A stretch of DNA of 64,000 bases from Candidatus Hydrogenedentota bacterium (GTDB lineage: Bacteria; Hydrogenedentota; Hydrogenedentia; Hydrogenedentales; SLHB01). Made by a program: the position numbers and the translations under genes. Below, piece after piece: positions 1 to 10,124 of this stretch (position 1 is the first letter of the stretch; each line of letters opens with the position of its first letter). The stretch covers positions 168,671 to 232,670 of the forward strand of contig BTVY01000001.1 in the NCBI GenBank assembly GCA_045863335.1, in the 5' to 3' direction. The notes beneath the pieces were generated by a model. The model had not been told where the DNA came from. It was given only the letters and a program-made list of their open reading frames with translations, and did no database searches.

Positions 1-27
1 GCGGGAGCGGTCGCAGAGCCAGGCCAA

Positions 28-3000
28 TTGAGCATGCCGAGCCCTCGGGTCCTGACGTTCAACTTTCACGAACCCTACATCTGTCTCATGGCCAAGATCG
101 GCGTGCCGCTGACCGTGGGTCTCTACGACAAGCCACGCTTTGCCCGCCCTTGGCACACGCAGTACCGCCCCATACCCTCTAACATCGATCTCGTCGATGA
201 ATCCACCTGGCGCGAAGGCCTGAAGTCCGGCGCTTACGACGTAGTAGTCGCACACAATGAATTGAACGCGCTCGACCTTCTGGACTGCGGATTGCCGTGC
301 CTGCTGGTGTGCCATAACCGCCGCTCGTATCTGGAAACGACGGTCGACGGCGATCTCGAAAAGGGCAAGGCTCAATACAAGAAGGTCCTAGACCGTTTGC
401 AGGATCATTTTTCGTTCATCTTCATTTCCGAGTCCAAGCGCGCAGACTATGGATTGTCCGGCGCCGTCATTCCTCCGGGGATCGACGTTTCCGAATACGG
501 CGGATACACCGGGGATGTTGCCGAGGTATTGCGCGTCGGCAATGCCATGCGCGCGCGGGACCAGATGTTCGACGTGGATTTCCAGGAAGCGGTGTGTGAA
601 GGGATACCGAATCGCGTGGTCGGATTCGATCCCGAGATTCCCGGCGCGAAACCTTCGGAGTCCTTTGACGAACTCCTGAGTACGTATCGCCGCTTGCGCT
701 GCCTGCTCCATGTCACGCGGGAAGCCTACGAAGACGGGTACAACCTCGCCATGCTGGAAGCGATGGCCTGTGGGATGCCCGTCGTGTCGCTGGCGAACCG
801 CACCTCCCCCCTCACCCACGGCGTGGATGGATTCGTCTCGGACAGCGTGGATAAATTGCGCGCGCACATCGAGGCGTTGCTGGCCGATCGCGAATTGGCG
901 CGGAAGATCGGAGAAGCGGGACGCAAGACCGTTGCGGAGAAGTTCCCCATCGAGGATTTCGTGGCGCGCTGGCGCGACGTGCTGGAAAAGGCGGCGGACC
1001 GCAAGGCCTACGTCAGCGTTGCCAGCGGCGCGGAGCCGTTTCCCCGGGTGCGAATGTTGGTGGAATATCTGTGTACGCCGTTTACAACGGGACGTTACAT
1101 GGAAGAAGCGCTTCGCGCGGATCATGAGGTGGTCACCGCGGGCAAACAGTTGCCGGAAAAGTTTCTGGAGGAATGGGGCTTCACGACCGCTCCCCCATCT
1201 TCGCCGGCGCCCGATGTGGTGTGGTCGGCGAGCGAGTCGTTTGCGGAACGGCTTCCAAAACTGCCCGCCTCGTTCACGCCGGATTTGTACCTCTGGATCG
1301 ATTCCGGCATCAGCGAAATCCCTGGCGACAGTGCCGCACTCGGCATCCCGCGGATCGCGTATTTCATCGATACCCATTTTGCGCTGGACCTGCGCATCGA
1401 TCTGGCGAAACACTTCGACTTCACCTTCCTCGCGCAACGGACGCATATTCCAGCGTTCGTGAATGCCGGCATCTCCAACGTGGCATGGCTGCCGTTGGCC
1501 TGTTCGCCGGAGCTGCACAAGGTGGATCCCGTGGAACGCACGGTGGACGTGGCCTTCGTGGGCGCGGTTCCGGACGATCCCAACGATCGGCGCAGAAAAC
1601 TGCTGGACGCGGTCGAAGCGCGTTTCCCCGTTGCCGTGGTCGGCCGATATTGGCCGGAAGAAATGGCGCGCATCTACGCCAACGCGAAAATCGTGGTCAA
1701 CATGTGCGTGGACCGCGATATCAACATGCGCGTGTTTGAAGCGCTGGCGTCCGGCGCCATGCTGATCACCGACGAAGCGGACGGGCTGGAAGAGCTGTTC
1801 AACGACGGCACGCACCTCGTCATTTACCGCAATGACGACGAACTTGTCGGGCTGATCGAGCGCTATCTTTCCGACGACGCCGCGCGCGAACGTATCGCAC
1901 GGGAAGGGCGCGCGCTGGTGTATGCCAGGCACACGTACCAGCACCGCATGCGGCAAATGGTCCTCATGGTGCTGGAGGCGGCGGGCGCCTTGGGCGGATA
2001 CCAGGGCGAGTCGCGGTTCTTCAAGGGCGGCTACTACCGGTCGCCCCGACCAGAACTGGCGGCGCACGTCCCCCTGCATACGACGCGCCTGCTCGATTGC
2101 GGGTGCGGCGGCGGGGAGTTCGGCCTGTCCCTGAAACGGCGCGGTGTGAAGGAAGTCGTCGGCATCGAGATTGTGGAGCGCGCCTGGGAGATTGCAAAAC
2201 AGGTGCTGGACGACGCGCTCCTGGGCAGTATCGAACAGATGGAACTGCCCTTCGAGGACGAGTATTTCGATTGCGTTGTTTTCGGCGATGTGCTGGAACA
2301 CCTGGTCGAACCGGCGAAGGCGCTTCAGAAAGTCTCGCGCGTCCTGTCCAAAGACGGCGTGATCGTCATGAGCATTCCCAACGTGCGGTTCTGGCAGACG
2401 GTGGAGATGCACGTCAACGGAAGGTGGCAGTACGAAGACGCGGGCATCATGGATCGCACGCACCTGCGGTTCTTCTGCGCGCCCGACATGTACCAGATGG
2501 TGGAGCAGGCCGGGCTGGAGGTATTAACCATCCAGCCGCTGTCCATGTGGCCTGCGGAGCAGTTGCCGCTCGACAAGAACCGCTGCCTTAAGCTCGGCAA
2601 AATCACCATTGGTCCGCTGGACGACGACGAGCATCAGGACTTTCTCGTGTACCAATATCTCGTCATCGCCGCGAAGCCGGGAATGGATCGGCTCGTGGGG
2701 GCGCGCAAGGCGCTCGAAGAGCAGGATTATCAGCGTGCCTTCCGGATGGCGAAGGAAGCACAGAACGCCGACGTGGCGGAGCAGACGCGCATCATGGCGC
2801 GCGCTGCCGGGAAATTGGGACGCCTGGACACCGCGGAAAAGTTGTATCGGGAAGTCTTGCGGCTGCGTCCGGACGATGCGGAATCGAAGGGCGAACTGGG
2901 CATTGTGCTGCTGGCCGCGAATCGTCCTCAGGATGCGGGACCACTGTTGGAGGAAGCCGCCAAAGCCGACCCCGAGAATGACCGCGTTTTCGCGGGACTG

Positions 3001-3324
3001 GGTTTGGTGCGTTTGACCGAAAACCGTTTGGACGAAGCATTCGATCTGCTGGCGCGTTCGCTGGATCTGCGGAGCGACAACGTTTCGGTGGTCCAGCGGC
3101 TCGTCGAGACGGCGCGTGCGCTGAATCGGCTGCCCGATGCCGAGCCGCATCTGCGCCGCTATGTGGACTTCTATCCCGGCGACATCGCCATGGCGTGCAT
3201 GTTCATACGGGTGCTGCGCGAGATTGGCAAGGCGGACGAGGCCAGGAACCGGCTCGAAACGCTGCTGTTGCTGACGCCGGACCACGCGGAGGTTCAGGCG
3301 CTGCAACGCGAATTCCAGGGGTGA
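28..3324 (+). CDS. Multidomain glycosyltransferase: GT4-like + CgeB-like GT + class I SAM methyltransferase + TPR
   Basis: 1098 aa. GT-B motif EDGYNLAMLEAMACGMPVV; second GT motif NMRVFEALASGAMLITD; SAM motif LLDCGCGGGEFG and DVLEHL; GIMDRTHLRFF; C-terminal TPR-like helices. Start is TTG 28 or ATG 34. Confidence 0.85.
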   Translation: MSMPSPRVLTFNFHEPYICLMAKIGVPLTVGLYDKPRFARPWHTQYRPIPSNIDLVDESTWREGLKSGAYDVVVAHNELNALDLLDCGLPCLLVCHNRRSYLETTVDGDLEKGKAQYKKVLDRLQDHFSFIFISESKRADYGLSGAVIPPGIDVSEYGGYTGDVAEVLRVGNAMRARDQMFDVDFQEAVCEGIPNRVVGFDPEIPGAKPSESFDELLSTYRRLRCLLHVTREAYEDGYNLAMLEAMACGMPVVSLANRTSPLTHGVDGFVSDSVDKLRAHIEALLADRELARKIGEAGRKTVAEKFPIEDFVARWRDVLEKAADRKAYVSVASGAEPFPRVRMLVEYLCTPFTTGRYMEEALRADHEVVTAGKQLPEKFLEEWGFTTAPPSSPAPDVVWSASESFAERLPKLPASFTPDLYLWIDSGISEIPGDSAALGIPRIAYFIDTHFALDLRIDLAKHFDFTFLAQRTHIPAFVNAGISNVAWLPLACSPELHKVDPVERTVDVAFVGAVPDDPNDRRRKLLDAVEARFPVAVVGRYWPEEMARIYANAKIVVNMCVDRDINMRVFEALASGAMLITDEADGLEELFNDGTHLVIYRNDDELVGLIERYLSDDAARERIAREGRALVYARHTYQHRMRQMVLMVLEAAGALGGYQGESRFFKGGYYRSPRPELAAHVPLHTTRLLDCGCGGGEFGLSLKRRGVKEVVGIEIVERAWEIAKQVLDDALLGSIEQMELPFEDEYFDCVVFGDVLEHLVEPAKALQKVSRVLSKDGVIVMSIPNVRFWQTVEMHVNGRWQYEDAGIMDRTHLRFFCAPDMYQMVEQAGLEVLTIQPLSMWPAEQLPLDKNRCLKLGKITIGPLDDDEHQDFLVYQYLVIAAKPGMDRLVGARKALEEQDYQRAFRMAKEAQNADVAEQTRIMARAAGKLGRLDTAEKLYREVLRLRPDDAESKGELGIVLLAANRPQDAGPLLEEAAKADPENDRVFAGLGLVRLTENRLDEAFDLLARSLDLRSDNVSVVQRLVETARALNRLPDAEPHLRRYVDFYPGDIAMACMFIRVLREIGKADEARNRLETLLLLTPDHAEVQALQREFQG

Positions 3325-3328
3325 GACT

Positions 3329-5110
3329 ATGAAACCGGCGCGGGAATGGGCCAAGGATCTACAGAGCCACACGATCCGCCCGGGTGTTGAACCCTCTACG
3401 GGCCGCGCGGGCGAACCGACCGTGCGTGTGGACGGCACCTTCCTGCACAGCCAGTACCGGCCCTTGGAGGAAGGCGTCCGGTTAATCGATTCGGCCGGTC
3501 TCGAACCGGATCGGCCGGTGATCGTTGTTGGACTGGGACTCGGCTACCACGTGCTGGCCTTGCTGGAACGCGGGGTCGACGTAATCGTTATCGAGCCAGA
3601 TGCCAGCGTCGCCAAGCTGGCCGTCGACGGGCTGCTGGCAAATTCGGAAACACTCGTCTGGGTTGGATCGCTTGACGAGTTGCCGTCTGATACCAATTTC
3701 CAAGCACTCGTGCGACGGGACCCGCAGATTCTCGTTCACCCCCCGACGGGGCGATTGCATCCGCAGTACGTGGAGTCTTTGCGCGCATGCGTATCACGAT
3801 GCCGCTTGGGCGGGCAGCCTCTGGGAATTGCCGTAATCGGACCGCTCCACGGCGGCTCGCTGCCGATCGGAAAGTATCTCGCGGAGGCCTTCCGCCGCTT
3901 GGGCCATCGCGCCCTGTTCGTGGACAACAGCCTGGGCTGGCCCTTGTACGAGGCCATCACGGAGAGCGTTTCATCACGCCGCGCGAGCGCGCAACTCTCG
4001 GGGATGGTGGCGAACACCATGGCCGAGTGGAGCTACGCGCGCGTCAGCGAGTTCGCGCCCAACATCTGTATTGCCATGGCGCAGGCGCCAGTCGGCGATA
4101 CGTGGGCCGCGCGGCTGCGCAATCAGAACATCGTCACGGCCTACTGGTTCGTGGAAAACTGGCGGCACATGACGTATTGGCGGGACATCGCTGCGCAGTA
4201 CGACTATTTCTTCCACATCCAGCCGGGAGCATTCGAAGCCAAGTTGGCCGAAGCGGGTTGCGGGCATCATGCATACGTCCAGACGGCCTGCGATCCGGAA
4301 GTCCATAAGCCTGCCACCCTTTCCCCCGCCGAAAGCGGCACGTATTCCTGCGACATTTCCTTCGCCGGCGCGGGATACCACAACCGGAATCAGTTGTTCG
4401 CGGGACTGACCGATTACAACTTCAAGATCTGGGGGGTGGAATGGCATACGCGTGAACTGTTGCCGCTCGTGCAGCAATCGGGTGAACGGTTCGGACCCGA
4501 GACCTTCGCGAAGATCGTCGCGGGGTCGAAGATCAATCTCAACCTCCATTCGAGCGCGACCCACGACGGCGTCGATCCGCGCTGCGATGCAGTCAACCCG
4601 CGCGTGTTCGAGATCGCGGCCTGCGGCGGATTTCAGGTTTGCGATCCGTGCAAGGGCTTGGAAGATCTCTTCGATACCGAGACGGAGATACCTACGTACC
4701 GGAATCTTGGAGAATTACGTGAACGGATCGACCATTTCCTCGCGCATCCGGAGGAACGGAATGCGATTACGGCTGCTGCGCGAAAACGGGCGCTGGAATC
4801 GCACACGTATGAACATCGCGCGAAAGAGATGCTGGAATGCATCCTCAGCCAGTTCGCCGATCGCATCGAGCGCAAGGGCGTGCGGGCCCAACGGACGGTC
4901 GCAGAAATGGCGGAGCGCGCGTCGGAAAACCCGGAACTCCGTGACTACCTCCGCTCGTTGCCGCCGGACACGCCCTTTACGCAGGAGGCAATCAACGCGC
5001 GCATTCCGCTGACCGGGACTCCGCTGAACCACGCCGAGGGGATTTTCGCCTATCTGCGCGAGATGCGGACTTCCGCGGAACAACTATTGGCGATGTTTGA
5101 TGATGCCTGA
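3329..5110 (+). CDS. CgeB-family glycosyltransferase with Maf-like N-terminal domain
   Basis: N-terminal LHSQYRPLEEG...VVGLGLGYH (Maf-type N-terminus); C-terminal KINLNLH...NPRVFEIAACGGFQ...HTYEHR typical of CgeB-like GTs. Confidence 0.8.
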   Translation: MKPAREWAKDLQSHTIRPGVEPSTGRAGEPTVRVDGTFLHSQYRPLEEGVRLIDSAGLEPDRPVIVVGLGLGYHVLALLERGVDVIVIEPDASVAKLAVDGLLANSETLVWVGSLDELPSDTNFQALVRRDPQILVHPPTGRLHPQYVESLRACVSRCRLGGQPLGIAVIGPLHGGSLPIGKYLAEAFRRLGHRALFVDNSLGWPLYEAITESVSSRRASAQLSGMVANTMAEWSYARVSEFAPNICIAMAQAPVGDTWAARLRNQNIVTAYWFVENWRHMTYWRDIAAQYDYFFHIQPGAFEAKLAEAGCGHHAYVQTACDPEVHKPATLSPAESGTYSCDISFAGAGYHNRNQLFAGLTDYNFKIWGVEWHTRELLPLVQQSGERFGPETFAKIVAGSKINLNLHSSATHDGVDPRCDAVNPRVFEIAACGGFQVCDPCKGLEDLFDTETEIPTYRNLGELRERIDHFLAHPEERNAITAAARKRALESHTYEHRAKEMLECILSQFADRIERKGVRAQRTVAEMAERASENPELRDYLRSLPPDTPFTQEAINARIPLTGTPLNHAEGIFAYLREMRTSAEQLLAMFDDA

Positions 5111-6815
5111 CACCCCGGCCACACCGGAGCGAAGCCCCCGCGTCCTCGTCACGCAAATGACCCGCATGGGCGACGTGTTGCAGACCTCGCCGCTGATTCG
5201 GTCCCTGAAGGAACTGCATCCGAACGCTTACATCGCCGTCATGGTGCGCCAGATGGGAAGGGCCATCGCCGAGTGCAATCCTGACATCGACGAAGTCATC
5301 GTCTACGAAGAAGACGACATGTTCCTCGATTTGAAGTCGGAGGATTCGGACCGCTTTCTGCGCGCTTACCAATGTGCCGACAGCCATGTACGAAGCTTGC
5401 GCGAAGGCCGGTTCGACGTGGTGTACAACTGCACGCACAGTCTCTCCTCTGCGATCCTCTTGAAGCTTGCGGGGATACCGCGCGTCATCGGCGCCCACTT
5501 GAGCGATGATTTCCGGTACGTGTTCCGCGGGCGCGGTCCGAACTGCTTCCTCACGAACATTATGAACCGGGACCTGAACGAGCTGAACCTCTGCGACATG
5601 TTCCGGTACTTCGTGGACGATCCGCCGCCCTCGCCGGGGCTTGTCTTGTCCGTGACTGATTCCGACCGCGACGCGGCGCGCCGTCTGCTTGCCGGGGAGG
5701 GCATTTCTGACTCGGACTTCCTGGTCTGCTTTCAGCTTGGCGCTTCGGACAAGGACAAACGCTGGCCGGAAGCGCAGTTCGCCGCGCTGGCCCAATCGTT
5801 GCAGGAGTCGCGTAACGCGAAGGTCGTGCTGCTTGGCGTGGCAACGGAAGGGTATCTCGGCGAGACGTTTGAAAAGCACGCGCCCGGACTGGCCACGCAT
5901 CTCTTCGGCAAGACCGACATTCCGCAACTGGCGGCGGTACTGGAACGCGCGGCGGTGTTGGTGACGAACGATACCGGCACCATGCACATCGCCGCCGCCG
6001 TGGATTGTCCCATCGTGCTGACCTCCGTGGGCTATGTCCACTTCCGCGAAACGGGACCTTACGGCGAGGGGCATTACGCCATCGAACGGCGGCGTTCGCA
6101 CCTGGGCCGGTCCGACATTCGGCATGACGATTCCAACGCGGGCGGCATGACCGCGGCGCAGGTCCTGCGTGTCGTTGACTTGGCGATTGCGCAGCGGGAT
6201 TCCGGGCAGGCGAGTACGATTTCCGACGACTCGGAGCTTGCGAACATGGACATCTACCGATCGGCCTTCGCGCCGGACGGTTGTCTGCATTGGTATCCCG
6301 TCATTCAGCGGACCATTGCGGTGCAGGACTTGATTCGGCTGGCGTACCGGACAATGTGGGTCGAGTATCTCTCCGGCAATGCGGACAAACGCGCAGAGGA
6401 CGCGTTTCTCATAGACGTGCTCGCGTGTTACACCAGCGGTCATTCCCACGAGTGCGCAATGGCCACACGTGAAGCGGTGAAGTCGCTGGAACGGTTGGCG
6501 GAACTGAGCCAGCAGGGCGCACGGGTCACCGAAAAACTGCTGGACATCTTGAGCAAAGGCAAGAGCATGAAGCTCGCGCAACAGGTCGTGGCCGACTTGA
6601 TGCGCCTTGATGAGGATATCCGGCTCTTCGGCGAAGTCAATTCCGCGTGCAAACCGCTCGTGGCTATCGCGCGGTTCGAGCGGGACAACCTGGAAGGCGC
6701 GGACCCGATCGTCCTCGCAAAGACCACGCTGGAAATCTATCGCGGGATGTTCGCGCGGGCGCGGCTGACCGGCCGGAAGTTGGCGCGGATTCTCGAACTG
6801 CTGCCTACTTCGTAA
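5097..6815 (+). CDS. Glycosyltransferase family 9 (heptosyltransferase-like) with C-terminal extension
   Basis: TRMGDVLQTSP, QLGASDKDKRWP and VTNDTGTMHIAAAV GT9 motifs; overlaps the upstream stop; true start may be ATG 5100 or 5103. Confidence 0.85.
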   Translation: MMMPDTPATPERSPRVLVTQMTRMGDVLQTSPLIRSLKELHPNAYIAVMVRQMGRAIAECNPDIDEVIVYEEDDMFLDLKSEDSDRFLRAYQCADSHVRSLREGRFDVVYNCTHSLSSAILLKLAGIPRVIGAHLSDDFRYVFRGRGPNCFLTNIMNRDLNELNLCDMFRYFVDDPPPSPGLVLSVTDSDRDAARRLLAGEGISDSDFLVCFQLGASDKDKRWPEAQFAALAQSLQESRNAKVVLLGVATEGYLGETFEKHAPGLATHLFGKTDIPQLAAVLERAAVLVTNDTGTMHIAAAVDCPIVLTSVGYVHFRETGPYGEGHYAIERRRSHLGRSDIRHDDSNAGGMTAAQVLRVVDLAIAQRDSGQASTISDDSELANMDIYRSAFAPDGCLHWYPVIQRTIAVQDLIRLAYRTMWVEYLSGNADKRAEDAFLIDVLACYTSGHSHECAMATREAVKSLERLAELSQQGARVTEKLLDILSKGKSMKLAQQVVADLMRLDEDIRLFGEVNSACKPLVAIARFERDNLEGADPIVLAKTTLEIYRGMFARARLTGRKLARILELLPTS

Positions 6816-7728
6816 CGGCCGCGGGCAACTCGTTCATGCGCGACAGGGCCGCGCCGATGTCTTCGATCAAGGCCGTCGCCAGTTCCCCGCGCTTCTTCAT
6901 CCACGCGCCGGTATTGTGCATGGCCGTATCCAGCGGCATCAGGCGAACGTCCGGTTGCCCTTCGTACATCTTGGCGATACGCGTGTCGGGACGGCATCGC
7001 GCGCCGTAGAAAATGGTAGCGGTCGGACGCATCTCGGCTTCGAGATACACTTCCGGCAATCGCCAGACGCCCTCCGCTCCGACCACGCGGCGAACGGCCA
7101 TGTCCACGAAATTGGTCGCAAAGGTGATGAAGGCGACTTCGTAAAACTCTTCCCAACTGCGGAACAACAGCGGCAAGTCGAGATAGGCCTTCAACTGCAT
7201 CTTTGGTTCGAGATAGGCGTAGAACGGACAAGGCGGACTCATGGCAATCACGTGATCCATGCCGCAACGGGTACCGTAATAAATGGCTGCGCACCCGCCC
7301 ACGGAATCGCCGAGAGCGATGTAGCGTTTGGAACCCAACTGGTCCATCACGCGCCGCACTTCGCCTTCGTAGAAGTCGAGCCCGCCGGGACCACCTTCGG
7401 GCCGAAGGTGATAGGCGAGCCGGTGGATGTCGCGCATGAACACAAGATTAAAATCGTCGCCATGCGTGGTCAGCAGTTTACGGAATTCGAACGTAGGCTG
7501 CCCGGCAAAAAGCAACGCGCCGCCTGCAAAAGAGAAGATCGTCGTTTCGGCGCCGCGATCTTCGATGAGGACGTGCTCCGGCAGTTCCTTGGTTTCACTC
7601 TGCTCGGTAAACATGCCGGACTGGAGTTCATACTCAACCGCATCGACCACTTCCTTGGGCACGAAGCGCCGAATGATAAAGCGGGCAATCTTCTCTTTCA
7701 GGGCGAATTTCTTGGCTGTATCAGACAT
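6805..7728 (-). CDS. Alpha/beta-hydrolase-fold protein
   Basis: Nucleophile elbow GDSVGG, later Asp (RPD) and His (MHNTG) candidates; start MSDTAKK after AGGA-like RBS. Confidence 0.6.
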   Translation of the reverse strand: MSDTAKKFALKEKIARFIIRRFVPKEVVDAVEYELQSGMFTEQSETKELPEHVLIEDRGAETTIFSFAGGALLFAGQPTFEFRKLLTTHGDDFNLVFMRDIHRLAYHLRPEGGPGGLDFYEGEVRRVMDQLGSKRYIALGDSVGGCAAIYYGTRCGMDHVIAMSPPCPFYAYLEPKMQLKAYLDLPLLFRSWEEFYEVAFITFATNFVDMAVRRVVGAEGVWRLPEVYLEAEMRPTATIFYGARCRPDTRIAKMYEGQPDVRLMPLDTAMHNTGAWMKKRGELATALIEDIGAALSRMNELPAAVTK

Positions 7729-7808
7729 TTCCGTTCCTAAAATGAGCGGCCCGGGGCGCGATGCCGCCATGAATACATATCAGTTACTACACGGCGCTTT
7801 TGCGGCCA

Positions 7809-9098
7809 TTACACTTTCATCCAGCGCTTTGCCTTCATTTCAAAGCGCGGCAGGCTGCCCGGGGCGACGAGGGTCACCGGGATGCGCATGGCGAATACGT
7901 CGCGCAATTCATGTTCGAGATGATCGACCATGGCCTTGCTGTCGGCGCAATCCGCGGCCGGTTCCACTTCAATTTCCAACTCCGCCATGGCGCGGCTTTG
8001 CCGGATCAAGACGCGATAGTCGCCCAACCCGGCGCATCGGCGCATAACTTCTTCGATGGCCGTGGGAAAAATATTCACACCGCGCACGACAACCATGTCG
8101 TCGGTCCGCGCGAGAATGCCGCCGGGCAGGGCGAGTTCGTGACTCCCGCAGGCGCAGGGCGAATCGGGACTCAGCACGACGAGGTCGCCCGTCCGGTACC
8201 GCAACAGGGGCATGGCCGCCCGGCCCAGGGTGGTCAACACAAGTTCACCGGTGCTGTAGGGCTCCACGGGCTGACCGCTCTCCGGATCGATCACCTCGGC
8301 GTAGTAGCTCTCCTCGATGATGTGGAGCGTGCCGGGTTGATTGGGGCATTCGTAACTCACCGGGCCGACTTCTGTCATGCCGTGATGATCGAATACGCTC
8401 GCGCCGGGCCAGGCGCTTTCGATGCGAGAACGAGTGCCGGGGATGCTTCCGCCGGGCTCGCCGGCGACGATGATGCGCCGCACCTTTGAGCCGGACAGAT
8501 CGATACCCTCCTCCGCCGCGACTTCCGCGAGGCGAATCGCGTAGGTGGGTGTGCAGCAGATCACCGTCACCTCGTTTTCGAGGATGGCGGTGAGCCGGGC
8601 CGGACTGCTCAGTCCGCCGCCGGGGATGCAGAGGCACCCCATCGTGGTCGCCGATTCGTACGCGGTCCAGAATCCAAGGAAAGGTCCAAAGGAGAACGCG
8701 AAGTAGACCCGGTCAGCGTTGGTCACCCCGGCCGCTTCGAAGACGCGCCGCCAGTTGCCGAGCATCCAGCCCCAGCTCTCCGGCGTGTCGAGCCAGCGCA
8801 TGGGCTTGCCGGTCGTGGCGCTGGTCTGGCTGAAGCGCACGTAGCGTTCCAGCGGATAGGTCAAGTTCGTGCCAAAGGGCGGATTCTGCCGCTGGTCCTC
8901 GACCAGTTGCTGTTTCAGGCTGAATGGCATCTTCTCCGAGAACTCCATGAGACTGGCGATGTCCTCGTTGATGCCACAGTCGCGGAGAATCTTCCCGTAA
9001 TACGGGTTTCCCCGAAGCAATTCGCCGATGAGCGCGCGCAACTGGTCGAGTTGTCGTGTTTCAATGGCGGATCGGTCAGGGAAGGTAAGTGTTTCCAT
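7809..9098 (-). CDS. Phenylacetate--CoA ligase (PaaK)-family aryl/acyl-CoA ligase
   Basis: QTSATTGKP loop, CTPTYAIRL, AGEPGG, HGMTEVGP, RYRTGD, RTDDM...RGVNIFP, PRFEMKAKR. Confidence 0.85.
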   Translation of the reverse strand: METLTFPDRSAIETRQLDQLRALIGELLRGNPYYGKILRDCGINEDIASLMEFSEKMPFSLKQQLVEDQRQNPPFGTNLTYPLERYVRFSQTSATTGKPMRWLDTPESWGWMLGNWRRVFEAAGVTNADRVYFAFSFGPFLGFWTAYESATTMGCLCIPGGGLSSPARLTAILENEVTVICCTPTYAIRLAEVAAEEGIDLSGSKVRRIIVAGEPGGSIPGTRSRIESAWPGASVFDHHGMTEVGPVSYECPNQPGTLHIIEESYYAEVIDPESGQPVEPYSTGELVLTTLGRAAMPLLRYRTGDLVVLSPDSPCACGSHELALPGGILARTDDMVVVRGVNIFPTAIEEVMRRCAGLGDYRVLIRQSRAMAELEIEVEPAADCADSKAMVDHLEHELRDVFAMRIPVTLVAPGSLPRFEMKAKRWMKV

Positions 9099-9520
9099 CA
9101 AACCACTTTCATCTTTTTTGAAATAGTGCAGGAACAAATCTTGGAGGCGAGGTACCGATTATGTCTGCGGAACCCCGGAACCCACCCCATGTGCACCCAC
9201 GCAAGTCTATGAATGGCCGTACCCTGTGTCAAGAGTGGCCCACTCCAGAACAGATACCGATGCAACGCCTGGCCGTCCGATTTGTAGAGTTAAGGCAAGG
9301 GAAAAACCGTTGCGCCACCGGGCGAGGTCGAGTAGAATATCGATTAAGGGCTTGCGGCTCAGGGGTATACCCTCAGGTATGAGCCGCTGTTGTGGGATTT
9401 GGCAGGTGTGGGCCCAGGCAAGCGAGGTTATGCTTCGGTCTGGGAACCGTGCAGTGCGAAAATTAGTCAATTGGGTTGTGGGTCCGCACGCACGACGGGT
9501 TACGGAAGGACTAGCTGCAA

Positions 9521-10093
9521 GTGTCTGTACCGTTAGAAAAATATCACGGCGAACCCCTCGCCGAGTTGTTTACCAAGCAAGGTTGGCCCGTGCCCGAATT
9601 TGCCTCGGTCGAACCGGCGGATATTCCCGGCGACGTGGGACCCTTCTTCGACCACGACCTCAGCATGACCTCCCGGCTTCAAACCCTGTTTGGTAAACCC
9701 ATAAACATCCAGGTCGTGGCCGTACACCATACCGAAACCATGTATCGGCGTCTGGTGCTGCTGCACGCCATCGATGACCCAACTCCCTTACTTCTCGGCG
9801 CCATCGATGTTCAGCTCGATCGGTTTGAAAGCCCGGTCCGGCTGGCGATCGAGCAGGCCGCGCAGCCTTTCGGGAAGATTCTGAAGGATATGACCGTCAT
9901 CCACGGCTATCAGCCTTACGCCTTCTTCTCGTTTCGTCCGGGGACCCAGATCGCTTCGCTGTTGGCGACGGATTCGGAGAGTCTGCTCTACGGCCGGCGG
10001 AAGGTGGTCCTCGGCGAGCACGATCGCATGCTCGCCCTGGTCACGGAGATTCCCGCGCGGTATCGTTTGGGACCGCGTCCCGCCGCGGTATGA
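9521..10093 (+). CDS. Chorismate pyruvate-lyase (UbiC/UTRA-fold)-like protein
   Basis: HDLSMTSRL, R-x-V-x-L, PFGKIL, YGRR and terminal VTE pattern resemble the chorismate lyase fold; GTG start after AAGGA. Confidence 0.6.
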   Translation: MSVPLEKYHGEPLAELFTKQGWPVPEFASVEPADIPGDVGPFFDHDLSMTSRLQTLFGKPINIQVVAVHHTETMYRRLVLLHAIDDPTPLLLGAIDVQLDRFESPVRLAIEQAAQPFGKILKDMTVIHGYQPYAFFSFRPGTQIASLLATDSESLLYGRRKVVLGEHDRMLALVTEIPARYRLGPRPAAV

Positions 10094-10124
10094 GGGATTG
10101 GCGCTGGAATTTCTGTAGTGTCCC

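Noticed and set aside
7809-9098. Phenylacetate catabolic operon
   Set aside because: No paaABCDE, paaZ or other paa genes in the window, so the gene symbol was withheld.
9355-9378. GGGTATACCC palindrome in the divergent paaK-like/ubiC-like spacer
   Set aside because: Only 10 bp and single copy, with no cognate regulator nearby; could be chance.
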